Assembly (NCBI GenBank): GCA_028534125.1
Contig: CM052817.1
Location: forward strand, 50,098,001-50,162,000
Reading direction: 5' to 3'
Length of the DNA: 64,000 nt
Source: Lama glama
Lineage: Eukaryota
A program made the position numbers and the translations under genes. The notes below the pieces were generated by a model. The model did no database searches. It had not been told where the DNA came from and was given only the letters and a program-made list of their open reading frames with translations. Of this stretch, positions 50,501 through 62,381 are shown in pieces (the first letter of the stretch is position 1; each line of letters starts with the position of its first letter).

Positions 50501-50749
50501 AATGCAAGGGGCTAGGATTCTGCTTGGCACACAGACACATGAGGACCAATAAGGAGGCAGCTGGGAAACAATTCTGTTAAATACAAAATAAAATAGGGAG
50601 CAAGCACCGCATTGTTGTGGAGGCATTTCTTAATAAAACAATTCAGATATGCATTCAATTCCTGGTTGAATGAAATGAGCAGCAGAGAGGAGACAAGTGG
50701 ACAACACTTAGTGTTAAATGTCATGCCTTGAAAAGCACCAGGTGTTATA

Positions 50750-51188
50750 GGAGCCTTAATGTGGTCAAAATGGTGAAAGCAGAGAGTAGGGGTAGGATGG
50801 CATAGGGGAGGCTAGACAGGGGAGTAGGGTTAGATCATGAGGGACCTACCTTTTAAATCATGTTAAGGACTTAGGATCTTACTCCAAGGCAGTGGGAGGT
50901 CATTCAAAGATTATGAAGAAATTTGAGTCTTAAGGCTAGTGTTGGAGTAGGAGAAAAAAAATTGTTGGGAGAGATGAAATTAAGAGGTTATTAAAATAAT
51001 GTCTGTAAGAGATAATGATAAACAACACTTAGGTAGCACTTACATGTGGTAGACACTGTTCTAAGTATTTTATATTTATAGTAAGTCATTTAATCCTAGG
51101 ATTGTATAGTAGATGCTGTTTTTGTTCTGATATTACAGAAGAGGAAACTGATGTATAGAGAGGTTAAGAAATATTCCTAGTGTCACAC

Positions 51189-51219
<31 letters not shown>

Positions 51220-52000
51220 GGGGTAATTGCTATTTGAACACAGACAATTGTTTAAATCACTATAATGTACTGTCTGAACAAAAATAGTCTTATTGGAGAT
51301 GGAGAGAAGTGAAGACTCAACAAATAATTAGGAGATTCAGCGTTTGGTGATTCACTGGGACAGGGAGATAATGAGTTTGCATTTCGACACACTTAGATTG
51401 AAGGGATCATTGGGACATTCAGAGGACAGTTGACAACTGCATAAATGGCCAGAAAGTTCAGGAGACTGGTCTGGACTGGAACTACCCATTTGAGAGCTAC
51501 CAGAGGGGAAGAAATCAAGCAAGAGGGGTGTGCAATGAAGAATGGCCAGAGAGAAGGGCCTAGGACATAATCCGGAGTGAGCTACCCCAACAATGAAGGA
51601 GAGGTGGAGGGGTAGTAATCTACCAGGAGCCTGGGAAGGAGTGGCCAGGGAAGCAGAGGAAATGAGGTTAGTGGGTCACAGAAGGTGGGTGAGTGAATTG
51701 AAGAGATCAAGATGGCCAAATAAATGAGATGATAAAGATTTAGCCTTAAGATGGTGGTGGAATCAGAGCCGGATAATATGCTTCAATAAAAATTCAAGAA
51801 GCAGAGACAGTTTAAACATTATTTTGAGGAGGTCTGGCAAATACAGAAAGAAGAAAGAGTGGGAGATGGTGGAGGATATGGAGTGGAGAGAATGTTATTT
51901 TTCAATATTAAGTATTTTTAGCATCTATAAATGCTGAGAGGAGGAAGGAGTCAAGGTGAAGTTGAAGTTACAGGAGAGGGAGGAATAAACAATGTGGCTG
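50750..52000 (-). mobile_element. Long fragmented L2 with inserted MIR (about 51020-51280) containing (AGTT)7
   Basis: catgttaaggacttaggatcttactccaaggcagtgggagg; gagtttgcatttcgacacacttagattgaagg; MIR gaggaaactgat…gaggttaag…gtcacacag. Confidence 0.7.
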
Positions 52001-52009
52001 CTTCTAAGA

Positions 52010-52460
52010 TGTATTAGTTAGAATAAAGCTAAACTGCTCCCCAAAAGACCTTTAAATTCAATAGCTCAACTCAAATAGTCATTTGTTTCATTCCCATAGC
52101 ACACTCGAGAGCAGCTGGTTTGCTGGGCAGCTCTGCTCCACAAGGACACTCAGGAACCCAGGTTTCTTGTGTTCCTTCCTCTCCCAGGGCATCGTCTTGT
52201 GTGTGCTGGGTCTCCACTGTGTCCAGTTTCCTTTCAGAAGGAAGGGGAAAGAGAGTGAGGAGAGTGTCCTCCTGTTGTCTGGAGGCATTGCCAAAGAAAA
52301 GCATATCACCCTGCTCACTGTTGTCATGTGGCCACATCTACCTGCAGAGGAGGTCAGGAATTGTAGTCTTTCAAGCCAGTCATATAGTTTGTTACACTTT
52401 TATTTCTGTGTAAGAAGGGGAGAAGGATTTGGGGGGACAGTTTACAATCTTCCCACATAG
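52010..52460 (-). mobile_element. Old MLT1 (J/K-like) LTR
   Basis: tgtattagttagaataaagctaaactgct…cagctctgctccacaaggacactcaggaacccagg…gtcatgtggccacatcta. Confidence 0.65.
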
Positions 52461-53304
52461 GAGGAAGGGCTCATGAATAAATTGAAAAATACATGTTCTT
52501 CAGAATCAAATATCTCTTTAATTCAAGTGCCTTCCAGGAGTTAGGAGGACAGCAGTCTGACTGAGCTAATTCAAAATGAGTATGTTCGTGACCGAAAGCC
52601 CATCACCTCTGAGGAAGCATTTGCATCGCTAAGGGGACTGCTATAGAGAATATTGTAGTTTTTAATTTGGAAAACAAAAGTATTCCACGAACATTTGCCT
52701 TATCATAAGAAGTAAGAAGCTTTAAGCAAGACAGAGCTTTAACAAAGAATCAGCTATTAGATAAGAAACATATTTGGGGAAGAAAAACCTGTGTACACCT
52801 CAAATATAGTACGAGGTATGTATTAGCCTTTTTCACCTATGATTTCACCTGTGACTGGCTTTTGTCCCTGAACTTCACTGAGGTTGTCTGTCCTATAGGT
52901 CAGTTGTCACTCGTTAATGTGAGAATGAGAATACAGCAAAAGCAGTTGAAGGTAAGAGGTTTTTTTTTAAGAACACAAAATATATCTTGATCATTGCACG
53001 AATGAATCAGTTCCTCCACTGTGAGCGTCCCTTTCAATTTCATTATGGTAAATTGCAACATTATACTTTATAACTGGAGGTCATTTATCTGACATCCTCA
53101 GTTACCCAGAACAAAGCAGAGAAATGATGTAGGAAAATATTTGAACATTAAATTAAATGTCGCAAAGTTCATTCATCGAAACTCATGTACTTTTCTTATG
53201 GGGGAATTTCTCAGGCAGGAGTGATCCTGTTTCCCATACAACTAGCAGAAGAGGCTGGACTGTCTGTGGTAGAGCAGCAAATGGGATGGGAAGCAAGGTA
53301 GAAG

Positions 53305-53897
53305 TGTTACCGGGAGTACGGAAATAAGAATTACCTCAGTTCTTAGTCACTCCCCAAAGATGAATTTTTAACAAGAGACAAAAAGCTTAACGTTAAAAAA
53401 GCAAGATTTCATTAGTGAAGCAAAAAGGTAGTAAAATATAGCACACTTCCGAGAATTGGGAGCAGGCCAATCCAGGAGAGGAAAAATGGTACCGCTCCTT
53501 TGTTTTTCCCATCTTATATCCTGGCTTAGGGGTGTTTTCTTGACTGATTGATTGACAGCTCATGTTCTTTGAGTGCTCAGGCTGAGTGACTGACAGCTCA
53601 GGTTCCTTGTGCTCAGGCATGCCCATCCCTTTTGTGCATGTTCTTACCCATGAGGCACACAGAGAAACCTATGAGAGGGGCTCGAACTGCAATGTTAATT
53701 ACATTATAATGAGCACTGGGTCAGCTTAAGCTGGGTCCTCTATTGTGCAGCTGCAGCATTCAATTTTAGCCATTTAGAGAAAGTAAAATTTTTTGGAGTC
53801 CCTTATCCAGAGTGCAGAGGTACTGTTATTTTCTGGGTTGCTCCATTCCCTTTCCTCTTCCCCTGCCCAGTGCTCATTTCTATCTAACTGCCTAACA
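53305..53897 (-). mobile_element. ERV1-class solo LTR
   Basis: tgttaccggg…ctatctaactgcctaaca termini; 4-bp TSD gaag/gagg; actgcaatgttaattacattataatgagc motif. Confidence 0.8.
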
Positions 53898-54439
53898 GAG
53901 GCAGGTGTACCGAGGGCACAAGTGACACGTGAGAATGAGTCAATACGGAAAAACAACATGACAGTAAGTGTAATGCAACACGAAGGGAACCCTCATGCGT
54001 TTTACATCCAGTCTCATTCTTTGGTAATTTCTGAGGTATCATCAATACAAATATCAGAACAGGAATTCCTGATCATCATGGTTCTTGGGGTAGTGTAACT
54101 GTAGGTTTGTTTTAAATGGAAGTAAGTCAAGTCTTAAAACACCTTAAAAGAGTATAAAATCAATAGTAAGCCTCTCATCCCACTCAGAATGAATTTTTAT
54201 CATAAGACCAGGAGATGGCTAAATTATATTATTTCTATTATGTTTTGTGTGCTGGAAACAGTGGGTGATTCAGGGAAGAAAGGAAAAAATATTTTTCTTT
54301 CCTTGATGAGATAAATTTTTCAAATACATAAAATTTGCCTGTCACCCTTCCATTTCTTTTCCTTGCCTTGATTTAATATTTTTTTAACCTCTCAGGAATT
54401 CACATTATAAAGTCTGTTGCTTTCATTCTGCCCTAAGCC

Positions 54440-54580
54440 CTCCATTGTGGCACGTGAACACCTGTCCCTCCCATGGCCACCCTTAGCCTCTAAGTGCTCC
54501 AGTGCCTGGAACAGGGCCTGGCTCCTAGAAGCATTCAGTGTGTCTGAATGAATGAATGAACAGGTGAATAAATGAAAAAA
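54440..54580 (+). mobile_element. L2 3' end
   Basis: ccagtgcctggaacagggcctggctcctagaagcattcagt…tgaatgaatgaatga. Confidence 0.75.
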
Positions 54581-54635
54581 TGTTCTCAATGCTCCTAAAT
54601 TACCTTCATATTTTCTTCAGAATTAAAACTCTTTT

Positions 54636-55201
54636 TTTAAAATAAAGATAAATTTTTACTGAAGTATAGTTGATTTACAATATTACATGAGTTTCAGGTA
54701 TATGATATAGTGATTCAATATTTTTGTAGATTATACTCCATTTAAAGTTATTCTGAATTATTGGCCCTATTCCCTTTGTAGCTTATCCATTTTATATGTA
54801 GTAGTTTGTACCTTCTAATTCTCTACCCCTATCCTGCCCCTCGCCCTTCCCTCCTCCACACTGGTAACCACTAGTTTGTTCTCTATATCTGTGAGTCTGT
54901 TTCTGTTTGTTATGTTTATTTTATTTTTTAGATTCCGTGTATAAGTGTTAACATACAGTATTTGCCTTTCTCTGTCTGACTTACTCCACTAAGCATAATA
55001 CCGTCCAGGTCCATCCATGTTTTCCAAATGGCAAAATCTCATTCTTTTTTTATGGCTGAGATGTTCCATTGTATGTATGTATGCAGCACATCTTCTTTAA
55101 CCATTCAGTGGACACTCAGGCTGCATCCATAACTTGGCTACCATAAATAGTGCTGCTATGAATATCAGGGTGTGTGTATCTTTTTGAAATGGTGTTTTTG
55201 C
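54636..55201 (-). mobile_element. 5'-truncated cetartiodactyl-type L1 3' end
   Basis: tgaagtatagttgatttacaat…ctggtaaccactagtttgttctctatatctgtgagtctgtttctg…aatagtgctgctatgaa; TSD-like aaaactcttt/aaaacttttt with a tttt|aa target. Confidence 0.88.
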
Positions 55202-55824
55202 AAAACTTTTTAATTTAAATGCTTTCCAGAAACTAGGAAGAAGGCAATCTAATTGAATTGGTTCACAATGAATATGTTCATGATTGAAAGCCCATTAACT
55301 TTTTGGAAAGCATATACATTGTTAAGGAGAATGCTTAATAACCCAAATTAGTATCTAATTTACAGACTTTTAGGCAAAAGAACAAGGTGAGATGACACAC
55401 AAACAGGTATGTTTAGTAATGATATCAGGCAGAAGAGGGCTGGCTAGGCCTGATGAACTTTACTTGGGAAACTGTTCCCAGCGTGAGAGGCACTAGAAAT
55501 GCCTCTACCATTTTAAAACTTCTTTCCACCCTCTCTTCCAAACCAGTAAGTTCTCTACGAGCACATAAGTGTTTTCTGAACTGCTTTTATGTTCCAGTAA
55601 AATAGAGCATAGGACAAGAATGATGACAGCCATTCGTGTGAATGGGCCATTGCTAAGTCAGGGACTGCTTGCCGGGGAGATAGACTTTGTTACAGAGGAA
55701 GTTAGTTTTGGCAGAGCAACTCAAGTTCAAATGTAGAAACTTGAATGGCTTGTGTGGGGATGAATCACACATCCAGGATCAGTTTCTGGATGAACCCCGT
55801 GAATTTAAAACTAGACTCTGGATT

Positions 55825-55826
<2 letters not shown>

Positions 55827-55862
<36 letters not shown>
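55827..55862. repeat. (TG)18 microsatellite
   Basis: Direct reading. Confidence 0.97.
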
Positions 55863-55864
<2 letters not shown>

Positions 55865-56529
55865 TGGGAAGGGGGAGGCTGGAAAATGTGGAGTGTTGAG
55901 TGAGCAAGAAGGGACAAGATTGACGATGAGCCATCCTCTGTCGTCTCTGGAGAACAAGAGTAACCCTCTTTTCCTTCCTTCCTCCCTACTTCTCTCCCTC
56001 CCCCTACCTTCTTAGCTCTCTCTGCCTCTTTCCTGTTCTTCATGTAACAATATTTATTGACCACCTTCCATACACCTGGCCTCTTTTCTACAGTTTTGTT
56101 GCATTTGGATATTAATTTTGTTCTGAGACCACACCAGATTGTGAGTCAGTAAGACCCCAGTTTTCCTTGATTTTCCATAATTAACCAATGCCCAAGGGTT
56201 GGTGGTTGTTCTTGCGATCCTGGGATGGTTAAGGGTTAATTCCTTAATAAAAAGGAAGTAGCTCTCCTTATCAATTTCTTCTACATAGGGCATCAAAAGA
56301 ATGAAATTTTTAATGCAGATCTTCTCAGTAGATTACTCGATGAAAAGAATAAATTGAGGAATGGTGGCTCAACAGTGACAAAATAAGACCTGGACAAAAA
56401 TTTGACTTATAACCAACTGATTCATATGCATTTCTTTAATTTTTTTTCATATCCTAGGATTGAGTTTGGGTTTCAGATGGTTGTTTATTTTTAATATATC
56501 TCTCCAATTCTGGAGTGACTTTTAGATTA

Positions 56530-56720
56530 TGATAATGGTGAACATTTATTGTGCTCTTGGTGGGTACGGGCATTGCACTGAGCCCTTGACAGCAACCTGG
56601 GAGATAGGTACAGTTATCTACACTTTCCAGACAGGGAAGCAAAGTCGAGAAAGGTCAAGTCTTTTGCTCAAGGTCATTTAGAGAGTAGGTAATAAAACCT
56701 GTCTTAGGAGCCCAAAGCCC
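56530..56720 (-). mobile_element. MIR
   Basis: acagcaacctgggagataggtac…tttccagacagggaagc…gctcaaggtca. Confidence 0.7.
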
Positions 56721-57180
56721 CAGTCTCAGCAATATACCTTTCTTCTGATTCTAAGAATACAGGCGTTTAGAATAAGAGTTCTGTCTATGCTGTTAAAAAT
56801 GAGTTATACCTATGTCTGTGTGTATCTCATTGACCATATCACGTGTACATTTTTCAATTTTGTTAAATTACTTTTGGACGTGAATGAAATTGGTAAAAGG
56901 GCTAAAATTCATTCTGCCTTAAATGGAAATTTTCTCCTGTATTAGGAAAAAGAGATCGGTAAAAACTGTCCTGATATTTTCTTCTCTTTTTGTATTGCTA
57001 TCCTGAGCAAGAGCAAGATGGGTTTCTGACCTCTTTTTCTTGCCTTCTACTTAAATAGAATTATCTGACAGCCACATAGAGATTAGCCAGTGTAAGGAAA
57101 ATCAAAGCTACTTCCTATTTGAAAAGGTTACTGAGGTAAATTATTTTTTCTCCTCTGGAGATCTTTTAAACAAACTAACT

Positions 57181-57208
57181 ACACACACACATACACACAC
57201 ACACACAC
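57181..57208. repeat. Interrupted (AC)n microsatellite
   Basis: (AC)5 AT (AC)8. Confidence 0.95.
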
Positions 57209-57672
57209 CCATATGTTCATTTCAGAAAAATTAGAAACCTCTAGGGAACTTTAAGGCCAAAATAGATTCTCTTACCTGCCTGAATGTGTAAGGTAAAGTG
57301 GATAATCTTTGTTCTTTGTAACTCTGATACTTCTCTTCTGTAGAGGTTACTGCCCAGTTCTGTGGACAATGCATAGAATCACAATAAAAGACTTTAGTTT
57401 CTGTCCTAAGACCTTTGATTATATGGCAGAGCAATGATTTTAGTCATGCCTTTGACTTTTGAAAAACAGAAGTTAAGGTTTGCTGGGTTAAGGCTGCATA
57501 TTTTAAGAATCACACAAAGCCATGTTCTCTCTATGGTTCATGTTATTTCTTTGGGAGTAAGTTAAGATTTTGTAGAAGATGATTAACTATGTGAAGTGAC
57601 TGGGAAAATAGGATGCAGTGCCCTTTCTAAGGAACATAGTGATACAACTTGCCTGGAGTAATCTTATTTCTT

Positions 57673-57814
57673 CTTATTTTTTATTTATTTAAAAAATGTA
57701 TTTGGGGAGGACTAATTTATTTATTTATTTTTAGAGGAGGTACCGGGGATCGAACCCAGGACCTTGTGCATGCTAAGCTTGTGCTCTACCACTTGAGCTA
57801 TACCCTCCCCCCCC
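57673..57814 (-). mobile_element. Young tRNA-Ala(AGC)-derived SINE (camelid Vic-1 type)
   Basis: Reverse complement GGGGGGGGAGGGTATAGCTCAAGTGGTAGAGCACAAGCTTAGCATGCACAAGGTCCTGGGTTCGATCCCCGGTACCTCC plus an A-rich tail; TSD-like atttctt at 57666 and 57816. Confidence 0.92.
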
Positions 57815-57876
57815 GATTTCTTTTAAAAATGGTGTAGATAACCTACTAAGATTTTCTTACCAATTTTCTTTGTTAT

Positions 57877-58685
57877 TGTGGTAGGTAGAATAATGTTGTC
57901 CCCAAAGTTCATGTTTCAATACCCCAGAACTGTGAATATATTAGTTTATGTGGTGAAAGAAATTTTGCTGGTGTGATTAAGTTAAGGATTTTCAGATTGG
58001 GAGATTATCCTGGGTTACCTAGGTTGGCCCATATAATCATAAGGATTCTTACAAGGGAAAGAAAGATGCAGGAGAGTGAGGGCTGGAGTTAGAGAGATTT
58101 GAAGATGACGCACCACTGGATTTGAAAATAAAGGGACCATGAGCTAAGGAATGGAGACAACCTCTGGAAGCTGGAAAATCCAAGGAGATAGGTTTTCCCC
58201 TAGATCCTTCAAAAAGAATGCAACCCTTCCAGCATCTTGATTTGAGCCCATTTCTGTGGTCTAAATGTTTGCATCCCCTCCAAATTCATACAAAATCTTA
58301 ATGCTCAATGTGATGGTATTAGGAAGTAGGGCCTTTGGGAGATGATTAGGTCATGAGGGTGAAGCCCTCATGAATGGGATTAGTGCCCTTATAACAGAGA
58401 CCCCACAGAGCTCCCTAGCCCTTTCCCCATGTGAGGATGCAGTGAGAAGTCTGCAACCCAGAAGAGCACCCTCACCCAATCTTCAACTTCAGCCTCCAGA
58501 ACTGCAAGATAAAAATTTCTGTTGTTTATAAGCTACCCAGTCTGTGGTATTTTGTTATAGCAGCCCAAATGGACCAAGACATCCACTAAACCCACTTTAG
58601 TTCTGACCTTAACATTTTAAAAAGTAATTGTTTTAAGCTATTAAGTTTGTGGTAATTTGTTACAGCAGCAATAGGAAACTGGTGT
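57877..58685 (+). mobile_element. MLT1D-type LTR split by a nested MLT1A0-type LTR (58252-58581)
   Basis: tgtggtaggtagaataatg…gattaagttaaggatt…gggagattatcctgggtta…; inner ttctgtggtctaaatgttt…atggaccaagaca; outer resumes to gttacagcagcaataggaaact. Confidence 0.88.
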
Positions 58686-59189
58686 TTACCATAGATTGTA
58701 ACAATGGCTATGGCACTGGCATTAAATCTATCAGCATAGAAGCAAGATGTCTGAAAGTAATCTAATGCGTGTAAATGATCTTGTTGGTACTGAAGTTAGA
58801 GATAATGTCAATTTGGAGAATATTGTATTTGTTATTTGTATTTCTACATTTGCCTCTGACTGAAAAATCTGGGGTTGTAAACCACCTGGAGGGGTGATTC
58901 GTGCCACTGTGTTCCAATCAGATACTGAAAGGTAATCAAATGAGGAGGGGAAGGATAAAGGAAGAAACCATGTTGTATATTTTTATCTAAAAGGATTAAT
59001 TAAAGTTAAAATCAATCATGTACATAACTTCAGAAAAACTTTGGGTGACCTAAGTTTCTAGGTCTAGTTTTCTGAGATCCCTAACTGCATAACAAATACC
59101 TATATGTGAAAATTTAAAAATAACGGGCTCTCTGTTACCTGAGACAGTCTTAATCAGCATTTTATTTGTTAGTGTATCTAAATACACCT

Positions 59190-59375
59190 TGTGAGATAAT
59201 GGGAAAAATAGGTATTGGTCTCTGTCCCCTGTTTCTGATGTAAAGTTCCTAAGTCCCTTGGGATTTCCTGGGTGATAGCAGTGTCTTCTGCTCTAATGAG
59301 GTGACCCTTTGTGGGCTCCTCGATGGGGGCTGGTTGCTAGGAAGACCAAACCATTATTAGAAGCTTGGAATTTTC
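59190..59375 (+). mobile_element. MER21-like ERVL LTR 5' fragment
   Basis: tgtgagataat…ttggtctctgtcccc…cccttgggatttcctgggtgatag…tctaatgaggtgac…gaagaccaaacc. Confidence 0.8.
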
Positions 59376-60311
59376 TGGATAATAGACAGATGGCCATGTA
59401 AGTAACTTTACTGCACTTTGAAAGTGCACTCATGCTGGCTTTGGGAAGCGATGGTGATAGTGAGCCTCCTTTTTCCTTTCTGTCCTTCATTTCATCCCAC
59501 TTTGCCTTTCATTGACAAGTTTGCTAATTTCTTTCTTTTTTATCTAGAGAGTACAAGCCTGTATACTATGACTAATGCTGTTTTTCCTCTTTCCTGTTTA
59601 TTTTCTCATTCCCTTCTGTGAGGGGATACTTGGCTCTGGAGGACAGTTCTGCTTTATATGTCTTGGACCTGATTTTTTTCCATAGGAAGCACAAGTGAAT
59701 GAGAAAAATATGGTTTCAATATCAGAATTTTGCTTTAAAGGCAACTTTCAATAATGAACCCTGTTTATTTTATTGAGGAGTATCAGTATGATTTTATTTC
59801 TGCTCTGTGCGAAGCATTCCAATTTGACATCTATTGTTTGTTACTTTTAATGTTCTCATTAACCCCACATTTCTGAATGAGCTAAATTATTTCAGCATCT
59901 AAAACTGAAGATCAGCGAAGTTGCTGCTCCAGCATATTCCAGTGGCTTGAAGGAGCTAATGTGGTTTCCAAAGGTGCCTATTTAGAAGAAGCTAAATGAT
60001 CAAAGACATCAGGCATAAGCAAGTGTGCAATACAAATAGCATAGCTGGGAATGGGAATAATCAATCAAAACCCCCTAAACATCCATTTAAATCTTGAGGA
60101 TGTAATACAGATTCTATTGTAGAAGCTTAATGAATCATTAATTGGAAAACTGTGGAAAAGGTACTTTCTTCCCTGGATTCTTCCCCTCCCTCTACCGTTT
60201 TCCCTTCTCAGTCTTTCTTTTGCCTGCCCTTTAAATTGCTCTCCTTGGGACTTTCTTGACCTGTTCTGTTTTCACTCTTTAAGTTCTTCCTTAATCTTAT
60301 CTGTTCTCATG

Positions 60312-60790
60312 ATGTGACAGAGATTACTCTTTGTTGAATCAGTATCCACACATCCCTCTTCCTTGGTAGCTGAACCCTGATTTTATACATGGGGTTAATG
60401 GACTCAGCTAAAAGATTGCATTTCCTAACTTCTAGTGTACCTAGGTGGGGCCCTGCATCTAAGATCTGGCTAAGGACTTGCAAGCAGGAGTATGCTGTGA
60501 GATTTCAGGGGAGACTCTGAAAAAGTGCTAGGAAATGCCCTCTCCTGCCCTCCTTGCCTTCGTTTAGCTGCCTGGAATGCAGGCAAGATAGACAGAGTTT
60601 GTGGAGCACATGGGGTACTAGGACATGACCTTGAGGATGGAAGCCATATGCTGAGGATGGTGGTGCAGAACACTGAGAGCCTCTTCCTGTGACAGCTTAT
60701 ATCAGCCCTGGACTCCACATATCTGGATCTGGAGAAACTGATTTTTAGTCTGGTTGAAGTACATCATATCCAGGCAAACATAATGTAATT
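60312..60790 (+). mobile_element. Old MLT1 (I/J-like) LTR inserted in L2
   Basis: gaaccctgatttt…cagctaaaagattgcatttcc…gctgcctggaatgcag…gaccttgaggatggaagccatatgctgaggatgg. Confidence 0.65.
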
Positions 60791-60799
60791 TATAAACAT

Positions 60800-61620
60800 A
60801 CATTTTTGTGCTGATGCCTACCACATCTTTGTCTTTAAACTTGCCCTTCTGACTCTCAGATTCATATGTTAAAATAATTACCGGGCATTTCCATATTGAT
60901 GTCCCATAAGCACCTAAACACTATCTTCTCCTGACTGAACTCATGATATCTTCCACTTCCCTTCCTCACCTGCCCCCATTGTGCTTGGAATTTTACCACC
61001 AGTCTTGCTATCCAAGGAGAACACACATGGTAGTCCAGGATCTCTCATCTTCCTCTCCCATCACATCCAGTTGGTTATCAGATCCTCTGTTGTTTTTTCC
61101 CTCATAAATATTTACCATGTTTGTCTCCCAAGTCTCTATCCTGCTCACGCAACCCCAGTTCAGTTTTTCATCATTGCCAAACTGTTCTAGTTACTTGAGA
61201 AGAAATTCTGCCTTCAATTCTGTCCTCCTCACAGCTAGTTTTTACATGATGTCAAAAGGGATTTATTTAAAAAGCAAATGGGATCACATCAATCTCTTGC
61301 TTAAAACATTTCAAGAGCCCTAAAGCAACGGGCCCTTGATCTTGGTACACTGGGCTATGATCTACTCCCACTGATCGTGTAATTTTCATCACTGCTACTC
61401 TCTGTCCTGTAGTTCATACTCCAGGAACCCTGTGATTTGTAGTGTCTATAACATGCATGGTTTTTCATGCTTCTGTGCCTTTGGTCATGCCATTCTCTTT
61501 GCTTGGATTCTCCTCCCCGTCCCTTCCATAACTAATCTTTCTTTTATATAATGTTTATTCTTCCTGACTTAGTTTGGTCTTATCTCCTCTGGGAAGCCTT
61601 CCTGGACTGCCATCCTCACC
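60800..61620 (+). mobile_element. L2 fragment
   Basis: gatgtcccataagcacct…atttaaaaagcaaatgggatcacatc…cttgcttaaaac…cctctgggaagccttcctggact. Confidence 0.7.
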
Positions 61621-61709
61621 GGCAGGATTGGGTGGTGCCCCCACCCCAAGCCAGTTTTCAGGGAAGGAGCTGAGTGGATGAGGAAAGAGGAGGAAAGGGA
61701 TACTGAAGT

Positions 61710-61894
61710 ACCATGGCCGAATTTAGCACATGAAAGTATAGGGTACCCAGTCAAATGTGAATTTAATGAAAAATAAATACTTTTTAAAATATAAATATGA
61801 CCCATGAAATATTTGGGACACACCTATACTAAAAAGGTGTTATTTATTTAAAATTCAAACTTATCTGAGCATCCTGTATTTTATCTGGTGACCT
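61710..61894. mobile_element. MER53 palindromic MITE
   Basis: atttagca…tatagggtacccagtcaaatgtgaattt … aaattcaaacttatctgagcatcctgtattttatctggtgacct, with central atgacccatgaaatatttgggaca. Confidence 0.85.
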
Positions 61895-62039
61895 CATATG
61901 AAGACACGTTAGCTTACTTCTTTTTTTTGCCTGGGGTCCTTGTGGCCTCACTTACAAAAATATCGATGCTAAAGAATTGGTCAGTTTTAAACATCATTAG
62001 AGTCTACCCCTTGATCCTTGGTGCCAAAGGTGGGGTGGG

Positions 62040-62045
<6 letters not shown>

Positions 62046-62100
<55 letters not shown>

Positions 62101-62176
62101 CAATAAGGGAAAGGGAAAGAGAAAGAAGAAAAAGAAAAAGAAAAAGAAAAAGAAAAAGAAAAAGAAAAAGAAAAAG
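62046..62176. repeat. (GA)23 plus (GAAAAA)8 polypurine tract
   Basis: Direct reading: (GA)23 at 62046-62091, (GAAAAA)8 at 62128-62175. Confidence 0.97.
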
Positions 62177-62381
62177 AGATTCTGTCCTAAGAGAAGGAGC
62201 AAATTTGCAAGAGCATCTACTTCCTTTACGTGCACAGCCATCCCCTTTAGAGTGGGGCAAACGGGAAACAAATTATATCCTTGTCTACCAGATACTAATG
62301 GAGCTTGCTGAAGTATCATTCTGAATAATTCTCTTCTAAGAGGAAGAAAATGCTCTAGCAGCTCCCTAGAGGCCTCAGAAG

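Noticed and set aside
57735..57810. tRNA-Ala(AGC) gene
   Set aside because: Anticodon stem unpaired (CAAGC/GCACA); poly-G leader, A-rich tail and TSD show it is a SINE
59030..59075. Hairpin tcagaaaa…gaccta…taggtc…ttttctga
   Set aside because: Short stems with a large bulge; too weak for a pre-miRNA
59896..59973. 78-nt open-frame exon-like segment
   Set aside because: Poor pyrimidine tract and weak donor gtgcct; peptide not recognised
61888..62319. ORFs with RERE / poly-F / LSLS runs
   Set aside because: Translations of (GA)n and (GAAAAA)n microsatellites
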